Shown: one piece after another, positions 7,515-16,575 of the stretch
Layout: each line of letters begins with the position of its first letter
Position numbering within the stretch: position 1 is the first letter of the stretch
Source of the DNA: a virus
IMG/VR virus record: IMGVR_UViG_3300044632_002025
Reading direction: 5' to 3' (one strand)
Length of the DNA: 64,000 bases
Translations under genes and position numbers: made by a program
Notes under the pieces: model-generated
Database searches by the model: none
The model's input: the letters and a program-made list of their open reading frames with translations, nothing else
Told to the model about the DNA's origin: nothing

Positions 7515-9113
7515 ATGACTCAATTAACCCCATCAGTCCTAACATTAACCGATGACCAAGTTATGGCCACAAATGAACTAGAAACCTGGTGGAGAATGGG
7601 GTTACGAGAGCATCTGCTAATCGGTGCGGCGGGTACTGGAAAATCCACGCTTATAGCGCACTGGATTTCATTACACCCTGAAATCAAGGTGGTGATGCTC
7701 GCCCCTACAAACAAAGCGGCCAAAGTATTGAAAGAAAAATTAACCTTTCAGGCGGATGTGTCAACTATCCATGCCATTCTAGGGCTGGTAGTTCAAGAAA
7801 CTGGGGGAAACTACAAGGTAAAAGGTTCCAGAGTCATCAGAGACTCGGAAAGCCAAATACTGGATACTGGGTCTACAAAAATGGATAACACCTACGACTT
7901 AATAATTGTAGACGAAGTGTCTGTTATAGATTTGGAAGTCGAAACAAAAATCCGACAAAAGGCAACAGAAATAAAATCGAAAATCCTATGGGTGGGAGAT
8001 GAGTGTCAACTTCCCCCGCCAGGTAAAAAACCAAGCTCAGTGTTCAGGATTAAAAGTTCCTCAATCCTAGAACAGGTGGTGAGATTTGATGCTGGGGCTT
8101 TAAAGGTAGCCGACTACCTTAGAAAGTTAATCAAAGTCCAAACCCCTGAAAAACCACCATTGGAGCAGATTCTGCGTGGACAGGGGGAACTTGAAGAAAA
8201 GTATCACAATGTCTTTCTTCTATCGGAAGGAGATTGGTTCGGAAAAATCAGAGAATATGCGTTAGCTCAAAAGGAATATAAGGTTCTAGCACACAGAAAC
8301 GAAAAAGTCTGTAGCTATAATAACCTAATCCGAGCTTTACGGGGAATCGATGACAAACCATTTTCAAGTGGGGAGCAGTTATTATCACTAAAAAGAAATC
8401 TCTACCAAAAGTTTGAAAACGGTCAAGTGAGAAGAATATCCTTTACCAATGGGGAAGAAGTGGAAGTCGTATTCAGTCAAAAAACTGTAAAACGCTTTTG
8501 CGACCCCCTACCTGAAAAAGGCTTGGACATATTCGATGCAAAAGAAGTGGTGGATTTCACTTTAAACTTCCAGCAATGGAAAAACTATCCTGTTGAAGTC
8601 TGGGATACCGAAGTGCGGTCATTAGACAGACCTGCGGCATGGAGATTGATTTTTGTTGACCCATCAAAACATGAACAAATGGTGGACACTTTAAATCGTT
8701 CAAAAAGTATTCAGGAAGACATACAGTTTGTAACGAACGTGCTTTACCGGGTACAAGAAATGATTACTGGAAAATCAGGATATGACCGAAATATGGACAC
8801 AGAGAAATCAGCTTCAGAAATTCTGAAATACATAGGGACAGGGACACAGTACAAAGAGGAAGTAATTGCAATTGGAAATGTTTTGCAAAAAAATTGTAAA
8901 GCACTATACGGTGCTTATAAAGAATGGCAAAACCTATGTTTCCTGACCTACCACTGGAGTTATAACAATGCGATTACCGTGTATAAATCGCAAGGCTCTG
9001 GATGGGACACAGTGTTCGTAGATGGAGAGGACATTTATTCAGCCCCAAACTGGAAGAAACTGCTTTATGTGGCAGTGACACGAGCTAAAAAACAAGTGTT
9101 CATTAAGGAGTAA
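7515..9113 (+). CDS. SF1 helicase, RecD/Dda-like
   Basis: Walker A GAAGTGKST, Walker B LIIVDEVS, ITVYKSQGSGWDTVFV and LYVAVTRAKKQVFI (SF1 motifs V/VI). Confidence 0.9.
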   Translation: MTQLTPSVLTLTDDQVMATNELETWWRMGLREHLLIGAAGTGKSTLIAHWISLHPEIKVVMLAPTNKAAKVLKEKLTFQADVSTIHAILGLVVQETGGNYKVKGSRVIRDSESQILDTGSTKMDNTYDLIIVDEVSVIDLEVETKIRQKATEIKSKILWVGDECQLPPPGKKPSSVFRIKSSSILEQVVRFDAGALKVADYLRKLIKVQTPEKPPLEQILRGQGELEEKYHNVFLLSEGDWFGKIREYALAQKEYKVLAHRNEKVCSYNNLIRALRGIDDKPFSSGEQLLSLKRNLYQKFENGQVRRISFTNGEEVEVVFSQKTVKRFCDPLPEKGLDIFDAKEVVDFTLNFQQWKNYPVEVWDTEVRSLDRPAAWRLIFVDPSKHEQMVDTLNRSKSIQEDIQFVTNVLYRVQEMITGKSGYDRNMDTEKSASEILKYIGTGTQYKEEVIAIGNVLQKNCKALYGAYKEWQNLCFLTYHWSYNNAITVYKSQGSGWDTVFVDGEDIYSAPNWKKLLYVAVTRAKKQVFIKE

Positions 9114-9120
9114 GAAAAAA

Positions 9121-9276
9121 ATGAAGAAAAGGAAGACTAAAAATAAGGGTTTAACATGGGATAAAGTGTCCAAACCCCCGACCTTGGAGGAGATTCTACA
9201 AACTCTATGGGAAATGGGACATGAACCCTATAAAGTAAGAAACAAATCTTCATCAAAAAATAAAGGAGAGAATTAA
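9121..9276 (+). CDS. Small basic hypothetical protein (51 aa)
   Basis: ATG 9121 to TAA 9274-9276 fills the gap between the helicase and kinase genes. It falls below the ORF track cutoff. Confidence 0.35.
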   Translation: MKKRKTKNKGLTWDKVSKPPTLEEILQTLWEMGHEPYKVRNKSSSKNKGEN

Positions 9277-9278
9277 GG

Positions 9279-9968
9279 ATGAGAAAACTAAAACTTGTAA
9301 CCCCCGTGAGAGTTAGTGAAAATCCTATAGCCCAACAGTACATCGTAATCTCAGGGCTAAGGGGTTCAGGAAAAAGCACTTTGGTAGAAAGCTTAAAAAC
9401 CCCCTTGAACGCACTAGGAATGTGGCAAAGAATGACCCAAATAGTGCCAGAGTTGTGGGAGAATAACCCTTATATACCTCTTAACCCAGAGCCAAAGTCG
9501 AAAGAGGCAATACATTTAACCGAGTTACAACTCCAAAACGCTAAAACACAGCTAATGGTAGGACGATTCTGGTGGGAAAAGGGGTTCAACGTAATCCAAG
9601 ACACCACTTTTGAAGACATTAAATCCATCTACGCCTCGGACTACTACTTAGGGGAAAAAAGAATATTTGTGGTATCCAGCGCACTTCAGGGGCATAACCC
9701 GCACGATTACCCTAAAGAAACTTTAAGGGTATTTTTAAACCCCCCGTTTGAGTTTTTGGTATCCCGAATACAGGGAAGAAGTCGGGGGTACGAGGAGCTA
9801 ACCCCTATGTTCAAAGAAGCACTAATAGCGGAATACGAAGAATACCAAAAGCTAGTAAGCTATCGTATGTGCTATGACCATAATTCAGGAAAAGTGCTAG
9901 AAATAGTTAATCTCCAGTTAGAACCGATGGAAATAGTGGACAGGATAGTGAAAACCATACAAAGATAG
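9279..9968 (+). CDS. Deoxynucleoside kinase family protein
   Basis: P-loop ISGLRGSGKSTL, ELWENNPYIPL, IQDTTFEDIKSIYA and SRIQGRSRGYEE parallel the dNK motifs (GxGKST, ExxxxNPxL, DRs..vFa, RixxRGRxxE). Confidence 0.65.
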   Translation: MRKLKLVTPVRVSENPIAQQYIVISGLRGSGKSTLVESLKTPLNALGMWQRMTQIVPELWENNPYIPLNPEPKSKEAIHLTELQLQNAKTQLMVGRFWWEKGFNVIQDTTFEDIKSIYASDYYLGEKRIFVVSSALQGHNPHDYPKETLRVFLNPPFEFLVSRIQGRSRGYEELTPMFKEALIAEYEEYQKLVSYRMCYDHNSGKVLEIVNLQLEPMEIVDRIVKTIQR

Positions 9969-9981
9969 GTGAAAACACCTA

Positions 9982-10038
9982 TTGACAGAAAGTGAAAAAT
10001 TAGATAATATAGAGTTGTAAAGAAAAACAACTCTATAT
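9982..10038 (+). promoter_or_regulatory. Promoter with a 12-bp perfect hairpin over the -10/leader
   Basis: TTGACA (9982-9987), 17 nt, TAATAT (10005-10010). ATATAGAGTTGT (10007-10018) pairs with ACAACTCTATAT (10027-10038) just before ATG 10043. Confidence 0.5.
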
Positions 10039-10042
10039 TATT

Positions 10043-10609
10043 ATGGAACCAGTATTTGACAAAGAGACAGAAAGAATCGTAATTCTAACAGAGATGCTAA
10101 TAAAAGAAAAGTTTGAGACTTTCCTGAAAACACTACAAAAGGCACAAATGCCATTAGTGGGAAAAATATCACTGTATAGTGATACCATAGAAACATTAGT
10201 GGGGCTAGGTTATGAAGCAGTTGCAGAAAGATATTTTGACTGGCGTAACCGTTGTTACCCCTTAGAGGAGACAAGAGGGTGGTATGAGGTTTTACCCTTA
10301 GAAGTCGAAGGTAATGTTTACTATGTAGGGTACAATTTTAGCTCGAATTATGAGCTATCGGCGTTCCTGTTAAAAAATTACCATGCCTACGTTCTGTGCC
10401 AAAGTTTAATATTGGGGGGAAATTACGAAGAGTATGTAAGGATGTTCAAAGTCTCTAAGGCGGATTTGCTGGATAAATGGCTACTTCACCATGGAACCTT
10501 GGCCATGTTTGACATGGAAAAAAACCTAATAGCAGGGCAGAAAAATAGAGCAGACCTACTGACGTTTATTTCTGACAATTTCGGTTCAACCATTGTAGCC
10601 CTGAGTTAG
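10043..10609 (+). CDS. Hypothetical protein
   Basis: 188-aa ORF downstream of its own promoter. Confidence 0.5.
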   Translation: MEPVFDKETERIVILTEMLIKEKFETFLKTLQKAQMPLVGKISLYSDTIETLVGLGYEAVAERYFDWRNRCYPLEETRGWYEVLPLEVEGNVYYVGYNFSSNYELSAFLLKNYHAYVLCQSLILGGNYEEYVRMFKVSKADLLDKWLLHHGTLAMFDMEKNLIAGQKNRADLLTFISDNFGSTIVALS

Positions 10610-10614
10610 CAATA

Positions 10615-11121
10615 ATGTACACTTTTCAAGAACAGCTTAAAAAAGGTCAAGCCGTTGAGCAACGGGTAATCCAGATGCTTGAGGAGTTAGGAAAACCTCT
10701 CAAATTGGCGGAAATGGTTGACCAAAGAAGGGGGATAGATTGTTTTGTGGGGGAATACTCCTTAGAAATAAAGAGTGACTTCAAAGCTAAACAGACCCGA
10801 AACTTTTACTTAGAGATAGAATTACCCCAAGACAAGTTGGGTTGGGTGATGAGTTGCCAAGCAGACCGGTTAGTTCTGGTTTGCGGGGACAATCTATTAT
10901 TCACAACACCTGACTATCTAAGAAGTAAAATAGAACATTGGAAAAGCAGATACCCTATTAAACCCTGTCACAATGCCAACGGGTATTGGTCAAAAGGAGT
11001 CCTTGTACCCTGTAAGGAAGTAAATGGGGAAAGGCTATCCTGGGGCGAAAATAAGGTAAGATTAAGTAAGATATTTGATGTAGGGTTTAACCCAAAGTTA
11101 GCAAAATGTTATCAATATTAA
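10615..11121 (+). CDS. Hypothetical protein, possibly a PD-(D/E)xK nuclease fold
   Basis: GIDCFVGEYSLEIKSD gives a D...ExK arrangement. Weak evidence. Confidence 0.35.
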   Translation: MYTFQEQLKKGQAVEQRVIQMLEELGKPLKLAEMVDQRRGIDCFVGEYSLEIKSDFKAKQTRNFYLEIELPQDKLGWVMSCQADRLVLVCGDNLLFTTPDYLRSKIEHWKSRYPIKPCHNANGYWSKGVLVPCKEVNGERLSWGENKVRLSKIFDVGFNPKLAKCYQY

Positions 11122-11657
11122 AGAATCATCCACCAGTGGTCGTAGCGTATGTAGCGGGGGTAATTGAGGCAAAAGCATCGGTAGGTTTAACTGTAGAAAC
11201 AGCTAGAGATATTGTCTACCCTAGTATAGAGCTTTACCATAAGAGTGCGGATTACCTGTATCTAATGCAGAGTTATATCGGAGGAACGGTAACGAAGAAA
11301 AAAAGGAGTAAACAGTTTAAGCTGTTTGTAAGGTATCAGAATGCGGCGGATGTCCTAGAAGACATAGAACCCTACTGTCTGATACTTAAACCGCTAATTG
11401 AAAAACTCTTAGAGTACCAGAATTGGGTGATTAGCAGACCCTGCCCGACTAAATATGGGGCATTTGCCAGAAAACAAACAACGGACAAATACATATTTGA
11501 GGTCATACAACTGAAAATAGAAGTAGAAACAGCAAATTCAATGAGCTTAACGGAGTCACGGTTCATTCACCCCGTCACAAAAAAAGTCTTAGGGGAGAAG
11601 TTAAGACGACTCTATGGTGGTGAACTACCAGAAGAAACTGAAACCACCCAAGATTAA
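11106..11657 (+). CDS. LAGLIDADG-like homing endonuclease (free-standing)
   Basis: VAYVAGVIEAKASVGL resembles the LAGLIDADG motif. It is followed by the typical ...YIGGTV...FKLFV...LEDIEPYCLILKP layout. Confidence 0.45.
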   Translation: MLSILKNHPPVVVAYVAGVIEAKASVGLTVETARDIVYPSIELYHKSADYLYLMQSYIGGTVTKKKRSKQFKLFVRYQNAADVLEDIEPYCLILKPLIEKLLEYQNWVISRPCPTKYGAFARKQTTDKYIFEVIQLKIEVETANSMSLTESRFIHPVTKKVLGEKLRRLYGGELPEETETTQD

Positions 11658-11831
11658 AGTGAAAGTCTTTAATTACGGAAAAAATGTTAAGCACTAAAGT
11701 TCCAAGCATGGTCAACGTGCTAAAAAGTTTGGCACTGGTAGGGGCAGTAGGTCTTGTATGGGTTCTACAATCAGAAAAACTTATCACCGCCCCAAGCCCC
11801 CCCAAAGTAATAACAATTTCTAATACCGGAA

Positions 11832-11998
11832 CCCCTTGACATCTAATCTACTCTCAGTTATACTGGGGTTAACCCAACAAAAACTGGTTAAGTGAGAACC
11901 AAGCTTAATTAATCAGGGTTAAACCCCCTTTAACTGGGGTAAAACGGGCAGTTAGCTCGTGTTAGCTTGTGGAGTGGAGTTAAGCCGTCTTACCCACT
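11832..11998 (+). promoter_or_regulatory. Promoter plus conserved long leader of the DNA polymerase gene (copy A)
   Basis: TTGACA (11836-11841), 17 nt, TATACT (11859-11864). The next ~125 nt are near-identical to the inverted copy at 48141-48290. Confidence 0.65.
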
Positions 11999-13873
11999 GT
12001 GAAGCAAGAAATCAATGTTAGTCAAAGTAAACATTTTTATAACGGTCTAATGCCAAGGTTAAACGAAGTAGGAATCCCACTTATCCCTGAATCCATGCGG
12101 AAGCAACTATTCGGAGGGGAACGTCAAAAGCCCTTCGCTGGTAGTGTTAAATTGGCTAAAGCTGAATTAGCCCGATTTGGACTGGATAATGTGGAAGTCG
12201 ATGTACCAGAAGACATTGAATTTGAGTTACCCCCACTACAGGGGGCAGACCTGGAAGAACATTTCAATAAAATAGCAGAATCCCAAGCCCAACCTTATTT
12301 ATCTATCGCAGAACAAATGGCCAGAGCCGTTATTCCAGCGAGACCCCACGAAATTCTGTTACGTCCAGGTTGGACGTGCTATGAACCAGGTGAAGAACCC
12401 TACCCCGTTCCGTACCCAGCAGAAGATGGACTGGTGTATGACGTGGAAGTTGCTGTAAGAAGTTCAAATTACCCTGTGATGGCTAGTGCTGTCTCACCCG
12501 TAGCTTGGTACTTTTGGGTTTCTCCGAAGTTGGCAACAGATGGCAGTGATGTCCTCTGTCCGCTAGGAAATAGCCCTAAACTGGTAGCTGGGTGGAATTG
12601 TTCTTATGATAAACAAAGAACCCTTGAACCGTATAGCCTAGAGTTAGGCGGACTCCGATTTTGGGATGTCATGTCCATGCACCAATGCGTGGGAGGGCTT
12701 TCTTCTAAACAACGTCCCCTAAGTCTAAAAAATGCCAAAGCAAAAGCTAATGGTGAGGACGCTGGATTAGATTATGCCTCTGCATGGCTTGATGTAAGCT
12801 CTGGTAATTCTTTAAAAGATGCCGCTCGGTTATACCTGGGTGTTGAGATGTCCAAAGACGACCGAGATTATTTTGTTACTGGAACCTTGCTTGAAATCAA
12901 AAATCGTTTTCAACAATTAGCTGACTATTGTGTGAAAGACACTGAGATTACCTTCAAACTTTATAAGCTATTGTGGGCAAGATTTCGGGAAAAATGCCCA
13001 TCTAACGTGACTTTCTTTGGGATGCTAGAAATGGGTACGGCTATCCTGCCTATTACCCGTGAATCGTGGTTCGGTTATATAGACAGAGCCGAAAGTAAAT
13101 TTGTTGAAGAAAAAACCCGTGTTGAGAAACATTTGCGTCTATTGGCAGATGAAGCGGTTGAGGGATTCTTAAACGGGAGTCTTGACCCAAAACTAGACCC
13201 GTGGTTATGTAATCTGGATTGGACTATGCCTTCTTCCCGGGCAAAAATCATGAAGGATAAGCCTGAGTGGTACAGAAAATTATTTAAGGGGGAAAAAATC
13301 AATCTAACGGTGAAAACCCAGTGTACTCCTTACTTACTTCGTTTAAAATGGTTTGACTACCCACTCTACCACCATCCCAAAAGAAAATGGGGCTTTGTGA
13401 CACCAGTTGGGGAAGAAGTCGAATCCAATTTAGACCCAATTTATCTAAATGATGTCGGGGAAGAAGTGGGGGAAACTGAAGCGACTAAGGTGTACTACCC
13501 TATACCCCATAAAGACGGGGATGACTCAAATGTGGGTTGCCCACTATCCAAAGATTATTTGTCTGAAATGGAGAAAGGGGTGCTAAACTCTGATTTCCCT
13601 GAAGCAAAACAAGCTCTTGAAGCGGCAATTTCCTGTTCGTACTGGGTATCAGTACAAAGTCGGGTAAAATCCCAGTTTGTTGTGATGAACAAAGACAACC
13701 AAACGGGATATATTATTCCCCAGATGGTGGTAGCAGGGACAGTCACGGGACGGGCAGTAGAAAGCACTTGGCTGACAGCATCTAACAGCAAAAAGAACCG
13801 TATAGGAAGCGAGATTAAAACCACAATTCGGATTCCTGAAGGTTATTTGCAAATCGGTGCTGATGTTGACAGT
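11999..13873 (+). CDS. Family A DNA polymerase, Pol-gamma-like, exon 1 (3'-5' exonuclease domain and polymerase N-part up to motif A)
   Basis: Exo motifs VYDVEVAV, AGWNCSYDKQ and YCVKDTEITFKLY. It ends ...IGADVDS, the first half of the Pol gamma motif A (GADVDSQELW). A GTG start at 11999 is possible, or ATG near 12050. Confidence 0.9.
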
Positions 13874-14771
13874 TAACACAATGGCTGTCGTTAAATCCCT
13901 TTAACTGCTGGAAAATCCAGTTAAGCCTTTACACCACGACCCTTTTAGGATACAATTAGGGTAGCGTTTAAAAAGTTAAAGGTTATGGACAATCAGCAGG
14001 AAAGCCTAGCTACAATCCCCGGTTTTAGATACTACAGTGCCTCTAAAACGGGTCGTATCTACTCCCACCTAACACAAAAATACCTGAAGCCTGTACCAGA
14101 TAAGTGGGGTTACTACCGAGTGACCGTCAAAGATGACAATGGTAAATGGTCTAAGAAAACCATACACCGATTAGTTGCTTTCGCTTTTTTACCAAACCCT
14201 GAAGGGTTCCCAGTAGTTCACCACATAGACGACTGCAAAACTAATAATTGTCTTGATAACTTAGAATGGTGTACCTACTCTCACAATAACCGCATGGATT
14301 TTGTTTTGAAGGGAGAGGGAAGAAAGGTCAGAAGAATGAAAGGTATAAACCAATTTGCTGAAACAAGAGAACGTATTAAAGATAGGGTATTGGAACTTAA
14401 AGCCCAAGGATTATCTAACGTTCGGATAGGAAAGCTAGTGGGAGTTTCAGGTGTCACGGTGGGAAAGGTTGTACAGGAATCTTCATCGACTAGAGAAAAG
14501 CTCAATAAACTAGAGGATAAGGAAGTTATAAAAATCTTTTTGGATGATGGGACTCAATCTGGTATAGCCGAGAAATACTCTGTTAGCCAAAATACAGTCT
14601 CATGTATAAAGAGAGGTAAGCTGTACCACAAACTCTTAAAGTCTAAAGGCCTAGTATCGTAGGGCTTAAGCAAGCTCGAAATGGGGGACACGGGAAACCG
14701 TGAAGATATAGTCAAATCTGTAGGGAAACTTACAGAGAATAGTCGGAAGCGGGCTATTCGTAATACAAATG
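13874..14771 (+). mobile_element. Group I intron carrying an HNH homing endonuclease gene
   Basis: The 5' exon ends in U (13873). P1 forms between GACAGU (13868-13873) and GCUGUC (13884-13889) with a U-G wobble at the splice site. The intron ends in G (14771). The 3' core contains GAAGATATAGTC and two GAAA-capped hairpins (CACGGGAAACCGTG, CTGTAGGGAAACTTACAG). Confidence 0.8.
13985..14662 (+). CDS. HNH homing endonuclease (NUMOD4-like N-terminus, HNH_3 core, C-terminal HTH)
   Basis: IPGFRYYSASKTGRIYS, VVHHIDDCKTNNCLDNLEWCTYSHN and GLSNVRIGKLVGVSGVTV. The gene lies entirely inside the intron. Confidence 0.85.
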   Translation: MDNQQESLATIPGFRYYSASKTGRIYSHLTQKYLKPVPDKWGYYRVTVKDDNGKWSKKTIHRLVAFAFLPNPEGFPVVHHIDDCKTNNCLDNLEWCTYSHNNRMDFVLKGEGRKVRRMKGINQFAETRERIKDRVLELKAQGLSNVRIGKLVGVSGVTVGKVVQESSSTREKLNKLEDKEVIKIFLDDGTQSGIAEKYSVSQNTVSCIKRGKLYHKLLKSKGLVS

Positions 14772-15623
14772 CAAGAGTTATGGTTATCCGACTTATTTGG
14801 TGATTCAAAGGTAGGGCTTATTGGGGGAACCCCTGCCAGTTTCCAAACCCTAGCGGGGCGCAAGGAGGATGGCAGTGATGTCCATTCAATGACCGCAAAA
14901 TTGCTGGGTGTGACCAGAGATGAAGCAAAAATTTCGGTCTACAGCCGGAGATATGGAGCCGGGTTAACTGCGATGACTAATTATCTGAGACAGTTCCGAA
15001 AATCTTTGACTTCCTCTCAGGCTAAACAGATTGCCACAGAGATGTTTACCAAAACCAAGGGGAAGAAAATTGAAGGACAATGGAAATTGGGTAGCGAGTC
15101 TGCAATGTTCAATGAAATGGAAAGGGTTGCTACCTCCCGCGACCCCCGAACCCCCGCTTTAGGGAGAACCTTAAGCGACGCTTTGCACCCCCGGTATACT
15201 GGTAATCGGGACTTCATGACCTCCAAAGTAAACTGGGTTTGCCAAAGTTCTGGTGTAGACTTTATGCACCTCTGTCTAACCGCCACATCCTATCTATGTC
15301 GAGAGTACAAAATTAACGCCCGCCTATGTATCACGATTCACGACGAGTACCGTTACATCGTAAAGAAAGAAGATTCAGCGAGGTTTTGCTTGGCCTTCCA
15401 GATTGCCCACCTCTGGACTCGTGCGATGTTCTGCTATTCAGTGGGGATATACGACCTCCCCGCATCAGTAGCATGGTTCTCTGGGGTGGACATCGACTTC
15501 ACAATTCGTAAGTCTCCAGACAGTCCAGCGATTACACCAAGTCAACCTCAAGGATTACCGTTAGGAAAACTCCGAACGATGCCTGAGATTTTGAAAGCAA
15601 CTGGTGGTTCTTTAACTAAATAG
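14772..15623 (+). CDS. Family A DNA polymerase, Pol-gamma-like, exon 2 (motifs A second half, B, C)
   Basis: Starts QELWLSDLFGD. Motif B is RDEAKISVYSRRYGAG and motif C is ITIHDEYRYIVKKED...IAHLWTRAMF, closely paralleling the Pol gamma motifs as I recall them. Confidence 0.9.
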   Translation, partial: QELWLSDLFGDSKVGLIGGTPASFQTLAGRKEDGSDVHSMTAKLLGVTRDEAKISVYSRRYGAGLTAMTNYLRQFRKSLTSSQAKQIATEMFTKTKGKKIEGQWKLGSESAMFNEMERVATSRDPRTPALGRTLSDALHPRYTGNRDFMTSKVNWVCQSSGVDFMHLCLTATSYLCREYKINARLCITIHDEYRYIVKKEDSARFCLAFQIAHLWTRAMFCYSVGIYDLPASVAWFSGVDIDFTIRKSPDSPAITPSQPQGLPLGKLRTMPEILKATGGSLTK

Positions 15624-15630
15624 GCCTTAA

Positions 15631-15656
15631 AAAAGGGGGTTTCGATGCCCCCTTTC
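15631..15656 (+). terminator. Hairpin after the polymerase gene
   Basis: AAGGGGG (15633-15639) pairs with CCCCCTT (15648-15654). The downstream T tract is poor. Confidence 0.4.
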
Positions 15657-15690
15657 GCCCAAAGTAGTTCTGAAAAGCAAGGGGTAAAAA

Positions 15691-15957
15691 ATGTGGATTG
15701 AATATGTAAATGCAGATGTCATTAGGCTTCTAATTGCGTTAAGTCCAAATAAAATGGCTAGAATGGAGGAATTAGAGGAACTAAAATTAGATGACTTAGA
15801 ATTAGCCTTAGTATTTGGTATTGAGTTGGGAGCAGTAGAAGTGGTAGAACCAGTTATTTATTTTGCCAAACCAGAAGCATATTTCAGACTGTCCCAAATG
15901 GGATTAAAAATGAGAATTTACTTAGAAAAATTAGACAACCTTTTTAGCGATGCGTAA
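15691..15957 (+). CDS. Hypothetical protein
   Basis: 88-aa ORF overlapping the next ORF by 8 nt. Confidence 0.45.
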   Translation: MWIEYVNADVIRLLIALSPNKMARMEELEELKLDDLELALVFGIELGAVEVVEPVIYFAKPEAYFRLSQMGLKMRIYLEKLDNLFSDA

Positions 15958-16165
15958 GAAAAAGCAAAATACAGAAATCAATACCCGTCTTTTAAAGTTA
16001 ATCCTTAAAGCGGGGTTTATCTTGGGGGATACAAAGAACCCTGAATTAAGGTATTTAGCCAAGTTAGGGTTAATACGTCCAGTGGCGTTAATCGGAACAA
16101 GTCATGAAGTCTATATTATGACTTTTAACGGTGAATATTTCTTAAGAACTCAGTGCTTCTCGTAG
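15950..16165 (+). CDS. Hypothetical protein
   Basis: 71-aa ORF. Its 3' end overlaps the convergent gene 16150..16575. Confidence 0.4.
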   Translation: MRKKKQNTEINTRLLKLILKAGFILGDTKNPELRYLAKLGLIRPVALIGTSHEVYIMTFNGEYFLRTQCFS

Positions 16166-16575
16166 AAAGTATGTAAAATCCAAGATGTCCACAAACCAAA
16201 GATAGCTTGAACAGACGATACCATAGTAAAATAAGTAGAGAACGAGGTTAAAAGTGGTAAAGGGGCAACCCTAACCAGATTTACTAGGGTAATAACCAAA
16301 GGATAAGTACGAGATACCCAAATTAAAGTTTGAGCATTAGCTTTGGGGATAGGCTCAGACTTTTGTAGTTTATTTCGGAGAAAAAAGCTTAAAACAGGTA
16401 TACTAAAATCGACAAGACTAGACAATAAAAGTAAATAAGTCTGTTGGAGTTGGTCATCACTAAGTCCACCAAATAGACGAACCAGGGTCGTAGAAAAATA
16501 GATTACGCCAACCCCCACAAAGAACTCCCTACCGATTTGGGACTTTACATCTGCCATTTCCAAATTATTTGCCAC
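16150..16575 (-). CDS. Multi-pass membrane protein
   Basis: About four hydrophobic segments (e.g. FFVGVGVIYFSTTLVRLFGG, LLLLSSLVDFSIPVLSFFL). Overlaps the upstream gene by 11 nt. Confidence 0.55.
   Translation of the reverse strand: MANNLEMADVKSQIGREFFVGVGVIYFSTTLVRLFGGLSDDQLQQTYLLLLSSLVDFSIPVLSFFLRNKLQKSEPIPKANAQTLIWVSRTYPLVITLVNLVRVAPLPLLTSFSTYFTMVSSVQAIFGLWTSWILHTFYEKH

Noticed and set aside
13874-14771. Intein, or two-subunit split polymerase, as an explanation for the interrupted polymerase
   Set aside because: An in-frame stop follows codon DS immediately, and the insert has no intein splicing motifs. It has its own separately framed HNH ORF and satisfies the group I splice-site rules (exon U, P1 with a U-G pair, terminal G). 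A split-subunit arrangement cannot be fully excluded without RNA data.
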